The position numbers and the translations under genes are program-made. This document shows positions 38,482 through 59,500 of a DNA stretch of 64,000 nucleotides, one piece after another. A model generated the notes under the pieces. It worked only from the letters and a program-made list of their open reading frames with translations. It was not told the DNA's origin and searched no databases. The DNA lies in contig CM082582.2 in the NCBI GenBank assembly GCA_040954595.2, positions 3,704,303 through 3,768,302 of the forward strand, read 5' to 3'. Source of the DNA: Balanoglossus misakiensis. Its lineage: Eukaryota; Animalia; Hemichordata. Every line of letters begins with the position of its first letter. The first letter of the stretch is position 1.

Positions 38482-38555
38482 TAGTCTAGAATCTATCCGT
38501 TCGTAGTCGCATTCACCCTACTGAATGCGACTACGAACGGATAGATTCTAGACTA
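38482..38555. mobile_element. 74-bp perfect foldback MITE with 9-bp TSD (TCTTTGCAT), TAGTCT termini (AcademH-like)
   Basis: 34-bp arms tagtctagaatctatccgttcgtagtcgcattca and its reverse complement, 6-nt loop; TSD at 38473-38481 and 38556-38564. Confidence 0.8.
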
Positions 38556-38924
38556 TCTTTGCATTGCAGAAGAAATTTTCTTTTCCTTTACATCATCTGC
38601 TGCCATTTTTTTATTCAGAATCCTCTCCCCCCGAGATCAGATGGTTTTCTCTTTGATAAAGTTCACGTAAACACCATAATAGCCGGCCAGGCCGCTTTTC
38701 ATGTATTGTCTGCACAAAGATAATTTTGTGGAACTTTGGCCAGTTTTAATTTAATAGTTCAGTCTGCAGTCTGGCCTGGGTTCAGCTGGGGTCGAAGTTT
38801 CAATCAACGCCCTCACAGTCCGGCGGTGACGGCGGCGTGGTTTAAGTCAAAGGTCACTGCACCGGAACATGAACGTGTGATAACTTCCGGTCTCCAATAC
38901 TGTTGTGGAGTGGGTATTGCACAA

Positions 38925-48918
<9,994 letters not shown>

Positions 48919-50579
48919 GGTCTGTCTTCGACCTAAGTTGCAATCAACCATCATATTTATGGATACTTTGCATTTACTCTTGAAATCTTGCCAAACAATC
49001 TAGTCTTGGATAGGACTCTCAGGTTACTACGACAACTATGCATTCAACAGCATAGTATCAGTAGAAGTCATCTTGGAGCAGGAATGTTTCATCATAGGAA
49101 CACATTAATTAGGACTCAAAATGTGTCTATCCTGTACATACTTGCACCTTGAACAATGCTGATTTCACTGAAACTACATAATATAGAATCAACATACCAA
49201 CAGACAATATCAACAACTCTTACCAGACTTTTCTTCGATATCAGCTCATTCAAATTTCCAGATGACGGGCAACTTCAGCAACGTGGACTTACGTGGTGCA
49301 GACAAAGACTGTGCAGACGAAATGCAATGAGGCTGATGAGGCACCATACCTGATACATGTTATGTGTGTGGCGGTTCTAAAGTAAAAACATACTCATGAA
49401 AACTTTTACTGGATGCCGAAATATTGCTTGCCCGTCATCTGGAAATGACTGCGCCATGGGACACATTGCCAGATCACGTATAAATTGATAGTAAAGAATA
49501 CCAGTCCCAGCTGTAGTATCTATCATGTATTTATCATTTCACACTTGGTGTAGGATATGTTTTCTGATTGAAGACAATAAAGGATAAGGGATCATCAGAC
49601 TGAATTATGATGATTGTGCCTTATTTGATGTCACATATTTCAATTTCAAAGAATTACAGACACCAGCCTGCTTTCATGCCAGAAACAATGCGACATTAGA
49701 TCTTCAGGGCTGTCTGTCTGACCTTGCAAAAGTAGATGAACTTTCTGTATCAGCAACACTTGCTCCCCAAAGACATTGAATGGCTATAGTTAACTGAACA
49801 TTGGCATCCTCAAACCATTCCATACACTGGGTGGACAAGCCATTTGCCATCCTGGAATCAAAAGTTGGCCAGTCTGTCAATTACACACGCGTCCATGCAA
49901 ATGATTGCCATTTTATGGGTAAGGCACAAACCTGTTGTTTAGTCACTTAACATGCAGAATAACATTGCAAAAAGATACAGATGACACGTACATTATGGTG
50001 ATATTACATTACCACTGCACAATGTGTGTATGAAGACATAGTGAAGCAAAGTTACCTGATGGAGGGACAGACATGTCTGGACGCATACTCACACATGAGC
50101 ATATACAGAAATGAATGAGAAATCATTATTGTATATATCAAATGTTTTAATGTAGAATGTGCAGTACCAAAGGCATTGACAGATCCTGCTCTTGTATTCT
50201 ACAACAATGAATGTACAAAGCAATCCTGTGACGACTGATAATTTCAACATTCTCTGAAAATTCTGCAAATGTCAAACTGCTTTCCATTTTGCAGTCATTG
50301 GAACAGACTAGCTCACCACATAAAAATAATTCAAGCATTGATGTGCATTTTTCTGGACTTTTGTTGTCGTACGAATTCAAACTGCTATACCACAGAAATG
50401 TTTGAAACCAGTGTAGAGTCCATATTTTAATTCATTTAATTCATGCTTGTGTTTATTGGGATTATTTTTCCAATAAGTGAAAAATTAGTCTAACCAAAAA
50501 ACATAAATGGTACGATTATCAATTACTGGGAATAACATGAATTTGCAATATATTACAAAGTCCTAATTTTCATGGAATT

Positions 50580-53500
50580 TTATTTTTTAGATGTTGAATC
50601 TGATTTCTTTTTGTCTTTGTCCTTATCCTTGTCCTTATCATCTTTGTCTTTCTTGTCCTTCTTGTCTTTATCTTTATCCTCTTTCTTTTGGCCTTCTTGC
50701 TTTTCTGCGTCCCGGTTGTGGATTTTGTTATTGATAAGGTTATGAAGCGCGATGATTGATCTGATAAGAGACGCCAGGTACACAACCAACATCTGGTCGT
50801 TGGTTTTCACCAGGAAAGCTTTGACAAACTCTGAGAAATTGACGTCGGGCAGCAAGTTGAAAATGTCCTGGAGCTGATAGATAATTTGGTGGTTGACTGG
50901 CAATTTGCCTTGTGCTACTTTGTCCAGATAACTCTGGATGTCTTGTATATGCGAGTGAAGACCCTTGAGACCCATCAGCTGGTTGGTGATGCGCTGTGAC
51001 AATGTTCCAACAGTTGTGTCTTTTATATCCCTGTGGAGAGAAAAGATGAAAATGCAATTATTGTTTGGCGTGTTCATGTACCAGACTAGTGGGGTACTGC
51101 CACTACGCCAGCATTCATATGACGTGTTCTGTGCACGTATAAAATGACATAACATTTATTTTGGATATACCGTTTCAATTCATTTCATTCTATTGGTTGA
51201 TAGTATTTGTCAGATTACGAAGATTCCTTGTGTTTACCGCATTGCCACAATTTGTTGCACCTTAAAGCGTGATGTAATCACCGATTGATATGCTGACACA
51301 GAATGATGCTTGGTCGGATTTTCGAATTTCTAAACTCTTGTTTCAGGGAGGGGGGATGTGGCCAAGTGCAATTAGTTGCGTTTACTGTGCTCATATTTTA
51401 GTTATCCACTGCCCCTATGAGCGAGTCCAATACAACATGCGCCTGAATCCTTCATCCATACAGATCCATATTCGGAATTGTGAAACTTACCTAAGCAGAT
51501 GTTCAACACCAACTTCCTCAGCTTCTTCTGCACCAATCTCACTCGGAATATGTTCAAACGTTTTTGAGGTAGGTGTTCCATCCTGAGTGAAGATGATACT
51601 AACATCAATGTGGGCATGTACATGTATATGTGCCGATTTCAAAACTTTTGAAGTCTACCCCTTGATGTGAGAGGGTCTCTAGTAGACCTCAACATTGTAC
51701 TGCAAAATGACAGTTATGGATTGTACTGTAGAACAACCAATTCATCTCCCCTTTTCGATGCTTTTAGACATATTCAGTTGGTTTTTTATTATTTTAATGC
51801 ACAGATTTGTCCATGTTACAACTGCCAGCATTTTGCACATCTAGACCAGTTAGTCTATAAACACTGCTAACATACTACCCGGGTAGTTTCATGCATACAA
51901 ACAACATGCACACATTCGTAGACGGCTTGTTTTTGGCCATGTGTACACATCTATAGGTAAGACTTTCCAAGAGATCAAATGAAACTCTGGGAATAGTGGG
52001 ACTGCACAGTTGAAGTTCGAAGTAACAGGAGGCTGTCAATTGGTCAAAAATAAAGAGTTCTCAGAATTCTCTTTATATTGGACTGTTTTATGACTAAAAT
52101 ACTGAGACAGGTTTTCCCCTAATTTTCTCTACCTGGACAGGTTGTAATTTTTCACTACAGACCATTAGTACAATTTTGATAAGAGTAACCAGTTACTTAC
52201 ATCATGTACTTCTTCAACAGCAACATATGCTTCTGTAGGCAGACCTAAATCCTTGGGTTTAGCATCAATGATTACCAATACCTATTATAACATACAAGTG
52301 AAAAAATAAACATTGCTCAGTCATAATGCCTCTGTGAAATCACTATCTACTGCATGTACTGTCCAATTCAAGAGAACTGTGATGAAAATATTTACCACTG
52401 TGTGAAATTAATACATAATACAAACACTAAATCACTATTTCCAAATCTGCTAGGGCGTTCTCACTGAAACGTTTACACCGGTGCTACACTGGCCCAGATT
52501 TGACTCCGACGAAAAAATTTAAGTGAGAACGCTGTTAATTTGCGGTGGGGATGAGGGGTGGGTCAGGACCAGTGCTGGGCCAGCACTCCGGCGCAAATAT
52601 TCAGTGAGAACGCAAAGATTTAAACAAACACTGTTCAAAAGCGCCACCTTGCGGCAACTTTTGCCCATGTTTATTAGGTAACATATTACCTCTGGTCAGT
52701 TTCTATTGAGAAGTCAACCATGGCAGACGCAACTTTTAATAAAGAAGGCGAACGCGGAAACAACTGGACAGACGACGAAGTTAAGATTTTGCTGGCCGTT
52801 TGGCGTGACGAAAGAGGACTAAAAATGATGGACAGCACGTCGAGAGACAGCCTAGTGCCATTAGGGCTCCTGATTGGTCGGTCTATTACAACCATGTGAT
52901 TGCTGGATACGTCATTACTTGCCAGGCGATAACTTTTTAAGTGAGAACAAGACTTGTAACTAAACTTGTATTGGTGATCATGTCACTGTATATTATGTCA
53001 TCAGGTTTTCTGTCTGTCTGGGCAATTCTATTACATCATCATTGGGAATGGGGCAGGGGAGCAGGCCCGGAACTAGACTACGTACTGGAAACATTTCTTC
53101 TACAGGCAATATTTTACACTTCTTTTGTTTTTTCCTCAGGTTCTGCACAAGAGTCAACACGCCAAAGATAAGTTCACGATAGAAGAAGTAACAGAGATCT
53201 TCTGCAGCCGTTAAATGCTTCTTCTTAAGCAACAAGCACGATTAAAAATCCAATTAGATTGAACAGAATGAGGCCATGTTGATGGATTTCACGAAATTGG
53301 CGCAAACGTTTGAAACACTCCAGCAGGAGACAAGGTAGGTGTGGCGTACACTTGGATATATTTGTAAAGTTGAATATACCGGTACATGATATACTACAGT
53401 GGCACGCAAACAGCACGAGGAAGAACTAAATACTGGATGCATTTCTTCTACAGGCAATATTTTAAACTTCTTTTATTTTTTCCTCAGGTTCTGCACAAGA

Positions 53501-56500
53501 GTCGCCACATCAAAGAGAACAAGTTCACGATGGAAGAACTTAGAGATCTTGCGCAGCCAGAAAATGATGCTTCTGAGGCAACAAGAAAGGTTACAAATCC
53601 AATTAGATTGGATTACACAAAATGAGGCAATGGTAAATGATTTTGTGAAACTTGTCCAAATTTTCGAAACACTGCAGCAGGAGACAAGGTAGGTGTGGGC
53701 CTACACTTGGATATTGTATTTGTAAAGTTGAATATACCGGTACATGATACTACAGTGTAGGCACTCAAACAGCACGAGGAAGAACTAAATATTGGATGAA
53801 TTTCTTCTACAGGCAATATTTTAAACTTCTTTTGTTTTTTCCTCAGGTTCTGCGCAAGAATCACAATGACAATGATATGAAGGAGAAGAACACCAACACT
53901 CCATTGACCATTCAATTCCAAGAAGTTAAAGAGAGGTGGCACAGTTACCAGAAAATCCTTAAACAGCGTAAAGAAGAATTAGAAAAAGAAATGGATTGGC
54001 TCGAGGCCATTGCAAAGGACTTTGCAAAACTGGAAAAAACATTCTCGACCTTACAAGAGGAGACAAGGTAGGTGTTGTGTACACTTGGATATGTTTGTAA
54101 AGTTGAATATATCAGTACATGATCCTACAGTGACACCTTTGAGACAACAAAAATTAAGCAGTCTAATTATGTGGTCGCAACTCTAATATTTGCAGTCACA
54201 TTTTATATTTTTCAGGACACAAGTTTCATTGCCATCATTTCAACAAGTTTGCAAGTAAGCTTATGTTAAAACAAGGAAATTATACCTGGTATCATACCAG
54301 TTTATTTGAAAGAGTGAAATTTGTTATTTATCATCCTTGATGACATTTCATTATTTTTTTTTAGATATGTTGGAATATTATTGCAGCAAATACGGTTCGA
54401 TCCGGCCAGAGCGCTCAGAGGAAAGCTATAAAGTATGTTAATTTTGAAACGCAATTCAGCTTTACAAACAAATATGTGATTTTAGTTGTGGGTTACTGAT
54501 AAGTTAGTACTTTACTACTAACACAAACATTGCAACCAGCAATCTTCCAGCATTTTGTTCTAAAATTGGTTAAAAATTGATTCCTTGAAATGCCGAAGTG
54601 CCATATGTCATGTGACCTAGTATAAATGGTTTTGTACTATGCAATATTCACAGAGAAAAAAAACGATGGCACAGAGAGATGTCTGAGACAATTGTGAGAG
54701 AGAGACAGACGCGTAGAAGTGTTGCGATGCATGGTAAGTGATTTACAATAATTACAGATAACCTGAAACTAAGAGTTCTTTTCATCTTAAATGAAAATTC
54801 TTCCTATTTCATTCACAGAGAAAAAAACGATGGAGGAGAGAGATGTCTGAGACAATTGGGAGAGAGAGACAGACGCGTAGAAGTGTTGCGATGCATGGTA
54901 AGTGATTTACAATAATTACAGATAACCTGAAACTAAAAGTTCTTTTCATCTTAAATGAAAATTCTTCCTATTTCATTCACAGAGAAAAAAACGATGGAGG
55001 AGAGAGATGTCTGAGACAATTGGGAGAGAGAGACAGACGCGTAGAACTGTTGCGATGCATGGTAAGTGATTTACAATAATTACAGATAACCTGAAACTAA
55101 AAGTTCTCTTCATCTTAAATGAAAATTCTTCCTATTTCATTCACAGAGAAAAAAACGATGGAGGAGAGAGATGTCTGAGACAATTGGGAGAGAGAGACAG
55201 ACGTGTAGAAGTGTTGCGATGCATGGTAAGTGATTTACAATAATTACAGATAACCTGAAACTAAGAGTTCTTTTCATCTTAAATGAAAATTCTTCCTATT
55301 TCATTCACAGAGAAAAAAACGATGGAGGAGAGAGATGTCTGAGACAATTGGGAGAGAGAGACAGACGTGTAGAAGTGTTGCGATGCATGGTAAGTGATTT
55401 ACAATAATTACAGATAACCTGAAACTAAGAGTTCTTTTCATCTTAAATGAAAATTCTTCCTATTTCATTCACAGAGAAAAAAACGATGGAGGAGAGAGAT
55501 GTCTGAGACAATTGGGAGAGAGAGACAGACGCGTAGAAGTGTCGCGATGCATGGTAAGTGATTTACAATAATTACAGATAACCTGAAACTAAAGTTCTTT
55601 TCATCCTAAATGAAAATTCTTCCTATTTCATTCACAGAGAAAAAAACGATGGAGGAGAGAGATGTCTGAGACAATTGGGAGAGAGAGACAGACGCGTAGA
55701 AGTGTTGCGATGCATGGTAAGTGATTTACAATAATTACAGATAACCTGAAACTAAGAGTTCTTTTCATCTTAAATGAATATTCTTCCTATTTCATTCACA
55801 GAGAAAAAAACGATGGAGGAGAGAGATGTCTGAGACAATTGGGAGAGAGAGACAGACGTGTAGAAGTGTTGCGATGCATGGTAAGTGATTTACAATAATT
55901 ACAGATAACCTGAAACTAAAAGTTCTTTTCATTTTAAATGAAAATTCTTCCTATTTCATTCACAGAGAAAAAAACGATGGAGGAGAGAGATGTCTGAGAC
56001 AATTGGGAGAGAGAGACAGACGCGTAGAAGTGTTGCGATGCATGGTAAGTGATTTACAATAATTACAGATAACCTGAAACTAAAAGTTCTCTTCATCTTA
56101 AATGAAAATTCTTCCTATTTCATTCACAGAGAAAAAAACGATGGAGGAGAGAGATGTCCGAGACAATTGGGAGAGAGAGACAGACGTGTAGAAGTGTTGC
56201 GATGCATGGTAAGTGATTTACAATAATTACAGATAACCTGAAACTAAGAGTTCTTTTCATCTTAAATGAAAATTCTTCCTATTTCATTCACAGAGAAAAA
56301 AACGATGGAGGAGAGAGATGTCTGAGACAATTGGGAGAGAGAGACAGACGTGTAGAAGTGTTGCGATGCATGGTAAGTGATTTACAATAATTACAGATAA
56401 CCTGAAACTAAGAGTTCTTTTCATCTTAAATGAAAATTCTTCCTATTTCATTCACAGAGAAAAAAACGATGGAGGAGAGAGATGTCTGAGACAATTGGGA

Positions 56501-59500
56501 GAGAGAGACAGACGTGTAGAAGTGTTGCGATGCATGGTAAGTGATTTACAATAATTACAGATAACCTGAAACTAAAGTTCTTTTCATCCTAAATGAAAAT
56601 TCTTCCTATTTCATTCACAGAGAAAAAAACGATGGAGGAGAGAGATGTCTGAGACAATTGGGAGAGAGAGACAGACGCGCAGAAGTGTTGCGATGCATGG
56701 TAAGTGATTTACAATAATTACAGATAACCTGAAACTAAAGTTCTTTTCATCCTAAATGAAAATTCTTCCTATTTCATTCACAGAGAAAAAAACGATGGAG
56801 GAGAGAGATGTCTGAGACAATTGGGAGAGAGAGACAGACGCGTAGAAGTGTTGCGATGCATGGTAAGTGATTTACAATAATTACAGATAACCTGAAACTA
56901 AAAGTTCTCTTCATCTTAAATGAAAATTCTTCCTATTTCATTCACAGAGAAAAAAACGATGGAGGAGAGAGATGTCTGAGACAATTGGGAGAGAGAGACA
57001 GACGTGTAGAAGTGTTGCGATGCATGGTAAGTGATTTACAATAATTACAGATAACCTGAAACTAAAAGTTCTTTTCATCTTAAATGAAAATTCTTCCTAT
57101 TTCATTCACAGAGAAAAAAACGATGGAGGAGAGAGATGTCTGAGACAATTGGGAGAGAGAGACAGACGTGTAGAAGTGTTGCGATGCATGGTAAGTGATT
57201 TACAATAATTACAGATAACCTGAAACTAAAGTTCTTTTCATCCTACATGAAAATTCTTCCTATTTCATTCACAGAGAAAAAAACGATGGAGGAGAGAGAT
57301 GTCTGAGACAATTGGGAGAGAGAGACAGACGTGTAGAAGTGTTGCGATGCATGGTAAGTGATTTACAATAATTACAGATAACCTGAAACTAAGAGTTCTT
57401 TTCATCTTAAATGAAAATTCTTCCTATTTCATTCACAGAGAAAAAAAAGATGGAGGAGAGAGATGTCTGAGACAATTGGGAGAGAGAGACAGACGTGTAG
57501 AAGTGTTGCGATGCATGGTAAGTGATTTACAATAATTACAGATAACCTGAAACTAAGAGTTCTTTTCATCTTAAATGAAAATTCTTCCTATTTCATTCAC
57601 AGAGAAAAAAACGATGGAGGAGAGAGATGTCTGAGACAATTGGGAGAGAGAGACAGACGCGTAGAAGTGTCGCGATGCATGGTAAGTGATTTACAATAAT
57701 TACAGATAACCTGAAACTAAAGTTCTTTTCATCCTAAATGAAAATTCTTCCTATTTCATTCACAGAGAAAAAAACGATGGAGGAGAGAGATGTCTGAGAC
57801 AATTGGGAGAGAGAGACAGACGCGTAGAAGTGTTGCGATGCATGGTAAGTGATTTACAATAATTACAGATAACCTGAAACTAAAGTTCTTTTCATCCTAA
57901 ATGAAAATTCTTCCTATTTCATTCACAGAGAAAAAAACGATGGAGGAGAGAGATGTCTGAGACAATTGGGAGAGAGAGACAGACGTGTAGAAGTGTTGCG
58001 ATGCATGGTAAGTGATTTACAATAATTACAGATAACCTGAAACTAAGAGTTCTTTTCATCTTAAATGAAAATTCTTCCTATTTCATTCACAGAGAAAAAA
58101 ACGATGGAGGAGAGAGATGTCTGAGACAATTGGGAGAGAGAGACAGACGCTTAGAAGTGTTGCGATGCATGGTAAGTGATTTACAATAATTACAGATAAC
58201 CTGAAACTAAAAGTTCTTTTCATTTTAAATGAAAATTCTTCCTATTTCATTCACAGAGAAAAAAACGATGGAGGAGAGAGATGTCTGAGACAATTGGGAG
58301 AGAGAGACAGACGTGTAGAAGTGTTGCGATGCATGGTAAGTGATTTACAATAATTACAGATAACCTGAAACTAAAAGTTCTTTTCATTTTAAATGAAAAT
58401 TCTTCCTATTTCATTCACAGAGAAAAAAACGATGGAGGAGAGAGATGTCTGAGACAATTGGGAGAGAGAGACAGACGCGTAGAAGTGTTGCGATGCATGG
58501 TAAGTGATTTACAATAATTACAGATAACCTGAAACTAAAAGTTCTCTTCATCTTAAATGAAAATTCTTCCTATTTCATTCACAGAGAAAAAAACGATGGA
58601 GGAGAGAGATGTCTGAGACAATTGGGAGAGAGAGACAGACGTGTAGAAGTGTTGCGATGCATGGTAAGTGATTTACAATAATTACAGATAACCTGAAACT
58701 AAAGTTCTTTTCATCCTAAATGAAAATTCTTCCTATTTCATTCACAGAGAAAAAAACGATGGAGGAGAGAGATGTCTGAGACAATTGGGAGAGAGAGACA
58801 GACGCGTAGAAGTGTTGCGATGCATGGTAAGTGATTTACAATAATTACAGATAACCTGAAACTAAAAGTTCTTTTCATCTTAAATGAAAATTCTTCCTAT
58901 TTCATTCACAGAGAAAAAAACGATGGAGGAGAGAGATGTCTGAGACAATTGGGAGAGAGAGACAGACGCGTAGAAGTGTTGCGATGCATGGTAAGTGATT
59001 TACAATAATTACAGATAACCTGAAACTAAGAGTTCTTTTCATCTTAAATGAAAATTCTTCCTATTTCATTCACAGAGAAAAAAACGATGGAGGAGAGAGA
59101 TGTCTGAGACAATTGGGAGAGAGAGACAGACGCTTAGAAGTGTTGCGATGCATGGTAAGTGATTTACAATAATTACAGATAACCTGAAACTAAAAGTTCT
59201 TTTCATTTTAAATGAAAATTCTTCCTATTTCATTCACAGAGAAAAAAACGATGGAGGAGAGAGATGTCTGAGACAATTGGGAGAGAGAGACAGACGTGTA
59301 GAAGTGTTGCGATGCATGGTAAGTGATTTACAATAATTACAGATAACCTGAAACTAAAAGTTCTTTTCATTTTAAATGAAAATTCTTCCTATTTCATTCA
59401 CAGAGAAAAAAACGATGGAGGAGAGAGATGTCTGAGACAATTGGGAGAGAGAGACAGACGCGTAGAAGTGTTGCGATGCATGGTAAGTGATTTACAATAA

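Noticed and set aside
50584-50705. Purine/pyrimidine-biased low-complexity tract
   Set aside because: It is the normal Lys/Asp/Glu-rich C-terminal tail of PSMD7.
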